Both the position numbers and the translations under genes were made by a program. The notes below the pieces were generated by a model that did no database searches, was not told where the DNA came from, and saw nothing but the letters and a program-made list of their open reading frames with translations. Positions 24,164 through 32,708 of a stretch of DNA of 33,957 nt are shown here, one piece after another (position 1 is the first letter of the stretch; the number at the start of each line of letters is the position of its first letter). This DNA comes from a bacterium (GTDB taxonomy: Bacteria > Patescibacteriota > Minisyncoccia > Phycocordibacterales > SBAW01): positions 1 through 33,957 of the forward strand of contig JAKAHS010000003.1 of assembly GCA_021814825.1 (NCBI GenBank). The letters are read 5' to 3'.

Positions 24164-26560
24164 ATGGCCGCAAAGGAGAAAAAGCGTCTAGTGATCCTCG
24201 ATACGCATGCGATCCTGCATCGCGCGTATCATGCGCTGCCGGATTTTGCCTCAAGCAAGGGCGAACCGACCGGCGCGCTCTACGGACTCACCTCCATGCT
24301 CGTGCGCATTCTCGGCGACCTCAAGCCCGACTATGTCGTGGCGACATTCGATCTTCCGAAGCCGACCTATCGTCATGCGGCGTTCGAAGGATACAAAGCG
24401 GGACGCAAAAAAGCAGAGGATGATCTCGTGGCGCAGATCATCCGTAGCCGCGACGTTATCGCAGCATTCGGCATCCCGGCGTATCAGCATGAAGGCTTCG
24501 AAGCCGATGATGTCATCGGCACGATCGTCGAAAGGCTCAAGAAGGAGAAGAGTCTGGAGATCATCATCGCCTCCGGCGACATGGACACGATGCAACTCAT
24601 CGACGATGCGCGCGTGAAGGTCTATACGCTCAAGAAGGGGATCAACGATACGATCCTTTACGATGAGAAGGCGGTCAAAGAGCGCTACGGCTTTGCGCCA
24701 GAGCTCATCGCCGACTACAAGGGCTTGCGCGGCGATCCGTCCGACAATATACCGGGCGTTGCTGGTGTGGGCGAGAAGACGGCGACCACGCTCATCGCAG
24801 AGTTCGGCACGATCGATAATTTGTATAAGGTTCTCAAGAAAGATCCGCAAAAACTGCTCGACGCCGGTATCAAAGCGGGCATGATCGAAAAATTGAAGGA
24901 ACAGGAAGAAGAAGCGCGCTTCTCGAAGATGCTTGCCGACATCCGCCTCGATGTGCCGATCGATTTCGCGCTGCCCACGGAGGGCTGGAAGACCGCCGCG
25001 AACATGGATCGCATGGTGGCGCTTGCCGGCGAGCTGGATTTTCGCTCGCTCATACCGCGCATCAAAGCGGTGTTCGAGACACGGAGCGACGCAGACGGGA
25101 CGCGGACCGACGCGGAACACGCGCCAGCTGAAGAGCAAGAGGTCGTGCCGAAGAATGAATTCGAGGAAGCGGCACTTGCGGTGTGGGTGCTTGATTCGAG
25201 TGTCACGCAGCCGACGCTCGATGACATCTATCGCGCTGGCGGTTCGAAGAATTTTGCCGCCGCGAAAAAGAACCTTCTCACGAAGATTGCGCAGAATGAC
25301 CTGTCATTCGTGTACGAACATATCGAGCTGCCGGTCGCGCCCGTGCTGCGGCGTATGGAAGAGCGCGGCATGCTGGTCGATCGCGCGTTCTTGGCGAAGC
25401 TCAGCATCGACTATCACAAAAGACTCGATGACATTGCGAAGCGTATTTACGGGTACGCCGGCTCGGAGTTCAATATCAATTCTCCGCGCCAGCTCGGTGA
25501 AGTGCTCTTTGATACGCTCGCACTCACGGCAAAAAATCTCAAAAAGACGAGCGGCGGCGCACGCTCCACCCGCGAGTCGGAATTGGAAAAGATGCGCGAC
25601 CTCCATCCGATCATCGGCGAGGTGCTTGCACATCGCGAGCTTCAAAAATTGCTCTCGACCTACATCGACAACATCCCGACGCTGCTAGATAGAGCAGATC
25701 GTTTGCATACGACCTTCGTGCAGGCTGGTACGACAACCGGACGTCTCGCGTCGCAGGAACCGAATCTCCAGAACATTCCGATCAAAAGCGATCTCGGGCG
25801 CGTGATACGCGGCGCGTTCACTGCCACGGAGGGCTTCACGCTCGTGTCGTTCGACTACTCGCAGATCGAGCTGCGCCTCGCGGCGATCCTCTCCGGCGAC
25901 GAAACGCTCAGCGGCATTTTCAAAGAGGGAGGCGACGTGCATGCAGCTGTGGCGTCGCGCATCTTCGGCATCGATCCGTCGGAGGTGACGCATGAGCAGC
26001 GCCGCCGCGCGAAGGTGATCAACTTCGGCATTCTCTACGGCATGGGCATCAACGCGCTGCGTGAAGGACTCGGCACGTCGCGCAAAGAAGCGCAAGAATT
26101 CTACGATCATTACTTCAATGCATTCCCGCGGCTGGCACAGTATATAGAAGAGACGAAGGCGGATGCGGCGCGCGTCGGCTATACGACGACCATGTTCGGG
26201 CGCCGCCGCTACTTCGAAGGCATCCGCTCGCCGATCCAGTACGTGCGCGCTGCGGCGGAGCGCATGGCAGTCAATGCGCCGCTTCAGGGAACGCAGGCGG
26301 ACATCATCAAGCTCGCGATGATCCGCATCGATGAACTCTTCGAGATCGAAGGCGTGCGCGAGAGTGCGTACATGCTCTTGCAAGTGCACGACGAGCTTCT
26401 CTTCGAGATCCATGAAGGCATGGTGCATACGCTCGCACCGAAGATCCTCGCGATCATGGAGGGTGTGGTGTCCCCGGAAAAGCGGCGCGGCGTTCCGATC
26501 GTGGCGAATGGGAAGGTGGGCAAGAACTGGGGCGAGATGAGCGAGTTGGAAAGTTTATAA
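24164..26560 (+). CDS. polA: DNA polymerase I
   Basis: 5'-3' exonuclease motifs (EADD, GDPSDNIPG); polymerase motifs DYSQIELR, AKVINFGILYG and QVHDEL. Confidence 0.97.
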   Translation: MAAKEKKRLVILDTHAILHRAYHALPDFASSKGEPTGALYGLTSMLVRILGDLKPDYVVATFDLPKPTYRHAAFEGYKAGRKKAEDDLVAQIIRSRDVIAAFGIPAYQHEGFEADDVIGTIVERLKKEKSLEIIIASGDMDTMQLIDDARVKVYTLKKGINDTILYDEKAVKERYGFAPELIADYKGLRGDPSDNIPGVAGVGEKTATTLIAEFGTIDNLYKVLKKDPQKLLDAGIKAGMIEKLKEQEEEARFSKMLADIRLDVPIDFALPTEGWKTAANMDRMVALAGELDFRSLIPRIKAVFETRSDADGTRTDAEHAPAEEQEVVPKNEFEEAALAVWVLDSSVTQPTLDDIYRAGGSKNFAAAKKNLLTKIAQNDLSFVYEHIELPVAPVLRRMEERGMLVDRAFLAKLSIDYHKRLDDIAKRIYGYAGSEFNINSPRQLGEVLFDTLALTAKNLKKTSGGARSTRESELEKMRDLHPIIGEVLAHRELQKLLSTYIDNIPTLLDRADRLHTTFVQAGTTTGRLASQEPNLQNIPIKSDLGRVIRGAFTATEGFTLVSFDYSQIELRLAAILSGDETLSGIFKEGGDVHAAVASRIFGIDPSEVTHEQRRRAKVINFGILYGMGINALREGLGTSRKEAQEFYDHYFNAFPRLAQYIEETKADAARVGYTTTMFGRRRYFEGIRSPIQYVRAAAERMAVNAPLQGTQADIIKLAMIRIDELFEIEGVRESAYMLLQVHDELLFEIHEGMVHTLAPKILAIMEGVVSPEKRRGVPIVANGKVGKNWGEMSELESL

Positions 26561-26581
26561 AGTTTGTAAAGTTCATAAAGT
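26551..26581. repeat. Nonamer tandem repeat
   Basis: AAGTTTATA AAGTTTGTA AAGTTCATA AAGT. Confidence 0.6.
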
Positions 26582-26589
26582 AGGAACCA

Positions 26590-27264
26590 ATGCTTACGGT
26601 AATAATCGGCGGAACATCAGACGAACGACTCACGGCGCGCCACAAGGCGATGGGCAAAGTCGCGCTCGAAGAACTTGAGGCCGATCGCGCCAGTGTGGGC
26701 GAGCTTGCCTCGCTTGCGGGTACGCCGGCTCTCTGGGGCGGCGCGCAGGCGTACCTATTGCGCGGCGTGTTCGGCTCATCGAAAACCTCTTCGGGTGATG
26801 AAGAGGATGAAGGTGCCCGCGAGATCGATGAGGCAAGGGTTGACCTTCTTGATGTTGCGCAAGGGCTGGTCGAGTCGCCACACATATTTATCATTGAAGA
26901 AGAGAAGATGCTCGCGAGCAAAATAGCGAAACTGACGAATGCTGGAGCGAACGTCGTCTCATTTGAAAAAGCAGAGAAGAAAGAAGCGTTCAATGTGTTC
27001 GCGCTTGCCGATGCCATGGCGCAAGCCGATAAGAAAAAGATGTGGCTGCTTCTTATGCAGGCACTCTGGCAAGGGATTGCGCCGGAGAACATCGCCGGCA
27101 TCTTGGCGTGGAAAGCGCGCACGATGCTCGCGGGCGCACGCACGCCCGCCGAGCGCGCGCGCTGCCACGCGCTCTCGCTTTCGCTCGTGACCATGTACCA
27201 CGACTCCCACCGCGGCGCCGGCGACCTCGCGCTTCTTCTTGAGAAGTTTGCACTGGGGGTGTGA
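26590..27264 (+). CDS. holA: DNA polymerase III delta subunit-like protein (short form)
   Basis: TPALWG, FNVFALADA and LLLEKFAL patterns typical of HolA. Confidence 0.6.
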   Translation: MLTVIIGGTSDERLTARHKAMGKVALEELEADRASVGELASLAGTPALWGGAQAYLLRGVFGSSKTSSGDEEDEGAREIDEARVDLLDVAQGLVESPHIFIIEEEKMLASKIAKLTNAGANVVSFEKAEKKEAFNVFALADAMAQADKKKMWLLLMQALWQGIAPENIAGILAWKARTMLAGARTPAERARCHALSLSLVTMYHDSHRGAGDLALLLEKFALGV

Positions 27265-27323
27265 GCATTGTCTCGACACTCAAACTTTCATCTGATATTG
27301 TCTGAAAGTGTAAGTTTTAGTTT

Positions 27324-27396
27324 CCGCCCATAGCTCAGTCGGTAGAGCAGCTCCCTTTTAAGGAGACGGTCGTAGGTTCGAATCCTACTGGGCGGA
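27324..27396 (+). tRNA. tRNA-Lys(TTT)
   Basis: Acceptor stem CCGCCCA/TGGGCGG; anticodon loop CTTTTAA; T arm GTAGG-TTCGAAT-CCTAC; CCA not encoded. Confidence 0.93.
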
Positions 27397-27408
27397 CAAC
27401 ATAAAGAA

Positions 27409-27432
27409 GCCCGAAGCGTTCAAGCTTCGGGC
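27409..27432. terminator. Hairpin after tRNA-Lys
   Basis: GCCCGAAGC-GTTCAA-GCTTCGGGC. Confidence 0.55.
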
Positions 27433-27447
27433 GACTATTATGTTGTA

Positions 27448-27575
27448 CCGCTCAGTAGGATTCGAAAGCGAGCACGGGCACCCAGCCAGCAGGCTGGGTC
27501 GCGCGAGCATGGCGAAGCGGAGCGAGGAGCGACGGCGACGAGCGAGCGCTTGGCCGCATCCTACTGGGCGGACCA
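27448..27575. repeat. Element bounded by inverted copies of the tRNA-Lys 3' end
   Basis: 27448-27466 is the reverse complement of tRNA 27377-27395 (1 mismatch); 27558-27573 is a direct 16-nt copy of 27382-27397. Confidence 0.8.
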
Positions 27576-27595
27576 TTCAAGACCAAGATTTGTTG

Positions 27596-27876
27596 TCATC
27601 TTGCATACTCTACGCATACAAGCGCGACGGTCGCCAATGCGAGCACGCCAGTCGCCACAGCTAAAATGCAAGTTGCACGCGTGAGAGCTTTTGCTTGCAT
27701 GTCCGCCAACCTGGCAGCTTCAGAAACTGAATCAGACACTTTTGCCGCAGCTTGATTGATAGCCGTGGTCGACTTATCGAGAGAGCGAATAAACACACCT
27801 GCGTGTGCAAACACGTTTGAATTGAGTGCCGAAACCGCGCTTTGTAAATTTTTATGCCATCACTAATATTTTCCAT
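27596..27876 (-). pseudogene. Frameshifted small coiled-coil + TM protein
   Basis: One extra A in the A5 run (27849-27853) joins MENISDGIK to NLQSAVSALNSNVFAHAG...TM. Confidence 0.45.
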
Positions 27877-27889
27877 CCTTAAGAAAGTT

Positions 27890-28291
27890 TTATAAGTGAA
27901 TATCGAGCGCGAGAGCGCCTCCGCCAAGCGCAATGAGCGAGAGGCAGATCACAAGCATGAGCCATTTGGCGGTCGAGCTAAGCGGCGAGAGGGAGCGCGG
28001 TCGCACGAAAAGATATTTCAGCACGAGCACGGTGCCGACGATCGCGGCGATCTGCGTGTGCCAGCCGACCAGCAGAGCGATCGCAACCGCGTATTCAACG
28101 GCAACAAGGAGCGTCAGTGCTGAGCGCGAGAGCGTGCCGAGAAGCGGCGCGAGCAGTGATTGGTTTTCCGCGCGAGCACGCCACTGGGTTTTTGCGATAC
28201 CGCCGAATACGAATGCGGCCGCCACGCGCAGAAGCGTCGGCACGAAGAATGTATACGAGAACAATTGAGGAATATCAGCCAGTGGATGCAT
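27890..28291 (-). CDS. DoxX-like membrane protein
   Basis: LLRV...E...LLVGWHTQIAA...GGGALALD pattern. Confidence 0.7.
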   Translation of the reverse strand: MHPLADIPQLFSYTFFVPTLLRVAAAFVFGGIAKTQWRARAENQSLLAPLLGTLSRSALTLLVAVEYAVAIALLVGWHTQIAAIVGTVLVLKYLFVRPRSLSPLSSTAKWLMLVICLSLIALGGGALALDIHL

Positions 28292-28309
28292 GGTGTCTTG
28301 TTGAGCTAT

Positions 28310-29230
28310 CTAATAATTCAATCCCGTAATCACTTTGCCTGAAGAGTCGGTGAGGATGATCGAGTCTCCGGTGTTATTCCAAAGCTCTTGTGAAAGTCCG
28401 AGATACACGCGCCACTGCGAGCTGAGGAAGTTGGAGTCGGTCTGATGAGCGGAAACGCAGCCGTTGTAGGTGAAGCGCTCTGTGATGAATTGTGAACAAC
28501 TGGCCGGAGCGTTCGGTGCTGATATAACGCTTTGGCACGGCGCGATCTGAGAGACGGCATACGAACACTGAGAGTTCCCAGCAAGCGACGGCTGCGATGC
28601 GAGCTCTTGCTGCGGCAGCGGACAATTCTGCGAGAGCGACGGAGTGAATGTTTGGAACTGTGCAAGATATGCCGAGCATTTATTCTCACGGAACGAAACG
28701 CCGATCGGTGAGCGCCCGGTCGTGATGATCGCGCTTTGTCCGGGGGCAAGAGAGATCGGACCCTGGCTCGCTGCTTGGCCGGTCTGTGCATAGGTCGCAC
28801 CCTCGCCGATCGTTACCGAATTGCCAGTCCGTGCACTGTGGAGCTGCATGCCGCTGATCATGATCGGACTGCTGTTGGTTCCGCTGGCATAGAGCGTGAT
28901 GTATTCTTGCGACGGATCGCTTGCGTGCACGCCGTCGGCAGAGATGCTTATGAGTCCTCCGCTCGTGTTACCTGTGGTTTGTGATGAACCGGCGCCCGCA
29001 GACCCGATCCCACTTCCTCCTTGCGAGGTCGGGGCAAGGAACGGAAGCCAATTGTGCGGCGTGGTGCTTGAGAGTGGCGACTGCACCGTGAAATGCTGGC
29101 CCGACATGTTCTTGATCGAGACCTTTCCGCCGTTGACGAACCAGAAAAGAACCAGAAGACCGAGAAGGCCGAGAAAGACGATCATGTCTCCCCACGTGTT
29201 GCCACCGCCATCTTTTTTTGCGTCTGCCAT
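28310..29230 (-). CDS. Membrane-anchored protein with a lamin-tail-like domain and a Cys-rich insert
   Basis: N-terminal TM helix; EYITL, LAPGQ and LWNNTGDSIILTDSSGK motifs. Confidence 0.65.
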   Translation of the reverse strand: MADAKKDGGGNTWGDMIVFLGLLGLLVLFWFVNGGKVSIKNMSGQHFTVQSPLSSTTPHNWLPFLAPTSQGGSGIGSAGAGSSQTTGNTSGGLISISADGVHASDPSQEYITLYASGTNSSPIMISGMQLHSARTGNSVTIGEGATYAQTGQAASQGPISLAPGQSAIITTGRSPIGVSFRENKCSAYLAQFQTFTPSLSQNCPLPQQELASQPSLAGNSQCSYAVSQIAPCQSVISAPNAPASCSQFITERFTYNGCVSAHQTDSNFLSSQWRVYLGLSQELWNNTGDSIILTDSSGKVITGLNY

Positions 29231-29297
29231 GAAGCTAGTATAACAGTTTTAAGAAATGATCTTTAGCGGCCCGCTTTCGTGGGCGCGATCCGCTCCG

Positions 29298-30572
29298 CTA
29301 CTTGCCGATGATCTTGTGCAGCTCTTCTTCGGCGACTTTCTTATCGCTCCACGGTTCGCGCGCGCCGCGCTCTCGCATGATGTAGGGGTCGGTGCCTTTG
29401 CCGGAGATGAGCACGGCGTCGCCGCGGTGCGCTTGCGAGAGTGCGGCGCGGATTGCGCCGCGGCGGTCGAGGATGATCTGCGGCTTTAGGTGCGTGAATC
29501 CTTGTGCGATCGCGTCGACGATCTGCTGCGGGTCCTCGTCGTACGGATCTTCGTCGGTGAGGATCGCAATGTCGCAGTGCGAATCGGCGACCCCGCCCAT
29601 CGCCGGACGTTTCCAGGTGTCGCGCCCGCCGCCGGTTGAACCGAGCACGCAGATGCGCCTACCCTCGACACTCTTGAAAGCATCGTAAAGCGCTTTCAGA
29701 GAATCAGGCGTGTGCGCATAGTCGACGATGACCGAAAAATCCTGTCCGCACTCGAGGCGTTCTCCTCGGCCGGCGATCGACGAGAGCTTCGCGACCGCGC
29801 GCACGAGCGCGTCGCGGGGAGTGCCGAGCGCGTCGCAGAGCGTGAGTGCCGCGAGAATGTTCTTGAGATTGAATTCGCCGGGAAGCAGGGAGTGGAAGTG
29901 CGTGCCCTGCCATACGAAGTCGATGCCGCGATCGTCCGCCGTGTATGGCTCTGCGTCGTGCAAGGAGAACGGCGCGCGGATGTCGACAGGAGCGGCGAGG
30001 AATCGCTCGCCGTATTCGTCATCGGCATTGGCGACCATGATGCGTGGGCGCTTCGGCGAGCCCGAGAGATGCGCCGCGAGCGAGAGCTTTGCAGCGACAT
30101 ACTGCTCCATACCGCCATGGCGCTCAAGATGCTCCGGCGCGATGTTCGTGAAGACGAGCGCGTCAAGGTCAACGCCTTTGTGCCGATACTGTAGTGCGCC
30201 TTCGGATGTCATTTCGATGACGGCGTGCGTGCACCCAGTGCTCACTGCTTTGCGCAAAAAACGCTGCAAGAAGAAGCGTCCGACCATCGTCATTTTGTAG
30301 AGGTTCGGCTGACATTCATCTCCGACGCAAAAACGGATCGTTCCAGCGATCGCGGTTTTGTGCCCGGCCTCCATGAGCATTGCGTAGATGAGCTCCGCAG
30401 TCGATGATTTTCCTTTGGTGCCGGTCACCGCGATCACAGTGAGCTTGCGGGAGGGGAAGCGATAGATAAGCGCGCCGAGATAGGCGAGCGCGAGATGATA
30501 TGCGCCGAAAAGTTTTTTATACAATGAACGAGGAAGGAGCGTGCGCAGGATCTTTTTTATGTGTTCCTTCAT
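29298..30572 (-). CDS. murE: UDP-MurNAc-tripeptide synthetase MurE
   Basis: VTGTKGKSS, EMTSEG, VDYAHTPDSL, GGGRD, DEDPY and GKG motifs. Confidence 0.9.
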   Translation of the reverse strand: MKEHIKKILRTLLPRSLYKKLFGAYHLALAYLGALIYRFPSRKLTVIAVTGTKGKSSTAELIYAMLMEAGHKTAIAGTIRFCVGDECQPNLYKMTMVGRFFLQRFLRKAVSTGCTHAVIEMTSEGALQYRHKGVDLDALVFTNIAPEHLERHGGMEQYVAAKLSLAAHLSGSPKRPRIMVANADDEYGERFLAAPVDIRAPFSLHDAEPYTADDRGIDFVWQGTHFHSLLPGEFNLKNILAALTLCDALGTPRDALVRAVAKLSSIAGRGERLECGQDFSVIVDYAHTPDSLKALYDAFKSVEGRRICVLGSTGGGRDTWKRPAMGGVADSHCDIAILTDEDPYDEDPQQIVDAIAQGFTHLKPQIILDRRGAIRAALSQAHRGDAVLISGKGTDPYIMRERGAREPWSDKKVAEEELHKIIGK

Positions 30573-30575
30573 ATA

Positions 30576-31166
30576 TTACCGAGGAGTGCCGAGTTGTTTG
30601 AGTATCGCCGCAAGCCGTTGCCGCATGTCGCCGCCCTCATCCGGCGCGCTCTGGAGCGCGCGCCGCGACTCCGCCGTGCTGTACCCGAGCGCCTCAAGCG
30701 CTTCAAGCAAGTCGGTGTCGCTCGAATGGTCGCGCGGAGTCGCGACGCGCCCTTCGGAGAGGTCCTGCTTGGTGATCTTATCTTTGAGCTCCACCACCAG
30801 CCGCTCGGCGCTCTTCTTTCCGATGCCATACATCTTGGTCAGCATAGCGAGATCGCCGCGCGCGATCGCGCTTCGCAGCGACGGGATGTCAGCGCCCGAC
30901 ATGATAGAGAGCGCGGTCTTGGGGCCGATGCCGGAGACGCTCATGAGCAGTTTGAAGAATGAAAGGGCGCTCCTGGTGGGGAAGCCGTAGAGGTCGATCG
31001 CGTCTTCGCGCACGACCGTATGAATATAGAGTTCGAGCGATTCACCCTCAGGCGGCAGCAACTCCTGCGATGGCATATGCACGACGTACCCGACACCGCG
31101 CACATCGATAAGGACAGAACCGTCGTCTGCACTGCCGCAAAATGTTCCCGTAAGTTTTCCGATCAT
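30576..31166 (-). CDS. ruvA: Holliday junction DNA-binding protein RuvA
   Basis: GVGY, VREDAIDLYGF, SGIGPKTAL and GIGKKSAERL motifs. Confidence 0.96.
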   Translation of the reverse strand: MIGKLTGTFCGSADDGSVLIDVRGVGYVVHMPSQELLPPEGESLELYIHTVVREDAIDLYGFPTRSALSFFKLLMSVSGIGPKTALSIMSGADIPSLRSAIARGDLAMLTKMYGIGKKSAERLVVELKDKITKQDLSEGRVATPRDHSSDTDLLEALEALGYSTAESRRALQSAPDEGGDMRQRLAAILKQLGTPR

Positions 31167-31278
31167 TCTTACAGCTTATATCTTCTGGCGTCTTTTGTCC
31201 GCTCTCTTGCTTTTTATATTTTATATGGTATCATTGCTTCAGGTAGTTTTTCGAAATTCTTTGGCGAAAGGAACCGTC

Positions 31279-31908
31279 ATGAACACGAACAAGGTTGGAA
31301 ATGTTTATTTCACGGCCGGATTTCGCAGCGTCTTGTGGAACACACTGGAATACGAGAACGCTTCGCTCGTTGGCATCGGGAAATTGCTGGCGACGCAACC
31401 GGTCGTCATTGCCTATCTGTTCGATCGTCTGATCGATGTATGTGGCGGCGCGGCGTCTTCTGATGATATGTCAGTCAATGTAATCGTCGAGACGCTTGGC
31501 GTGAATGGCGTCGGCCGGTTGCTTGGACCGATCGTCGAGATACCGTTGCAGCAAAAACAAGCATGGCGTGATAAGACCGTCGACGCATGTGCGCGTGCGC
31601 GCATGATGGCATGGATCGCCGACCCGAGGCGTGACTACGGCGAGATATGGGGGGTGTCTCGGAAGGCGCAGGTCTACTTCCTTTACGGGCTTGTCGCCGA
31701 CATCGTCGGCGACGATGACGCATACCTGCAGCGCGGTCATGAGGTAGGACGATTCTTCCCATCGCTCGATGGGGAGAAACTCGAAGCGTTTCGTCGGACG
31801 ACCGAGCTGGTCAAGGTGTTCAAGAGCGGCGAGACCCCATTTAACGAGCGCGCTCTGCGCCGGGTGTGGCTGGATGCGGTCACGAAGTTTGACAACATCA
31901 TCAGTTGA
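31279..31908 (+). CDS. Hypothetical protein
   Basis: AAAGGA before ATG 31279; followed by a terminator. Confidence 0.6.
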   Translation: MNTNKVGNVYFTAGFRSVLWNTLEYENASLVGIGKLLATQPVVIAYLFDRLIDVCGGAASSDDMSVNVIVETLGVNGVGRLLGPIVEIPLQQKQAWRDKTVDACARARMMAWIADPRRDYGEIWGVSRKAQVYFLYGLVADIVGDDDAYLQRGHEVGRFFPSLDGEKLEAFRRTTELVKVFKSGETPFNERALRRVWLDAVTKFDNIIS

Positions 31909-31925
31909 AGCGGTTCTTTCTGGAC

Positions 31926-31957
31926 GGGCGCCGTGATGCGGCGCCCCTTTTCTTTTG
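31926..31957 (+). terminator. Intrinsic terminator
   Basis: GGGCGCCG-TGATG-CGGCGCCC then CTTTTCTTTTT. Confidence 0.8.
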
Positions 31958-31992
31958 TTGCACAATATGCACTTATGTAGTACGATGCTCGC

Positions 31993-32250
31993 ATGGCAAT
32001 TACGAAATCAGCGAAAAAAGCTTTGCGCCAGACCAAGCGCCGCCGCGTCATGAACGTGTCGCGCCTGCGCACAATGCGCGACACGGTAAAAGATGTCCGC
32101 ACTGGGGCAAAGGAGGGCAAGGCAGGAGTCGATGCGATCGCGGCAGCGTACAAGGCGATCGACAAGGCGGCAAAGCGCGGCATCATCAAGAAGAATACCG
32201 CCGCTCGCAAGAAGTCTCAGGTCGCTCGCATGGCAGCGAAGACAAAATAA
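31993..32250 (+). CDS. rpsT: 30S ribosomal protein S20
   Basis: MAITKSAKKALRQ...IDKAAKRGIIKKNTAARKKS. Confidence 0.96.
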   Translation: MAITKSAKKALRQTKRRRVMNVSRLRTMRDTVKDVRTGAKEGKAGVDAIAAAYKAIDKAAKRGIIKKNTAARKKSQVARMAAKTK

Positions 32251-32420
32251 AGGTTCCGCGGCAGTTTGCCGTCGCGGCGGTACCGAGTCTTGCTCTCGCC
32301 CGCACTTCTAGGGGCAAACTACAGATATATTGAACCTGTATTTGCGTCGCTTGCTCGGGGAAGAAAGCGCAGGGCCGCCTTCTTCCTTCTCGCTTCGCTA
32401 GCAAATAATTTTTACACAGA

Positions 32421-32463
32421 ACACACAGAAAGGGCGCCGCGAAGCGGCGCCCTTTCTGTGTGT
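32421..32463. terminator. 20-bp perfect hairpin between rpsT and tRNA-Arg
   Basis: ACACACAGAAAGGGCGCCGC-GAA-GCGGCGCCCTTTCTGTGTGT. Confidence 0.75.
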
Positions 32464-32478
32464 GATGCAGCACTCGTG

Positions 32479-32550
32479 TGTCCTCGGCGAGAATCGAACT
32501 CACATCACCTCCTTCGGAGGGAGATATTCTATCCATTAAACTACGAGGAC
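32479..32550 (-). tRNA. tRNA-Arg(CCG)
   Basis: Acceptor stem GTCCTCG/CGAGGAC; anticodon loop CTCCGAA; T loop TTCGATT. Confidence 0.92.
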
Positions 32551-32708
32551 GTCTGTTCACTGTACGGTTTCTTTGCGCTGGTGCAAGTTTACGTCCGCTC
32601 TCGTTCCATGTTCATATATATATGAAGCCCGGTGAGGTAAAAAATAACCCCTGAGGCGTGCCAATAATGCTGGCGCACCTCGGGGGTGTCTGCGCTGTTG
32701 CATGACTC

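Noticed and set aside
27382-27573. Prophage or island att pair
   Set aside because: The copies are under 200 nt apart with no integrase; reported as a small element instead
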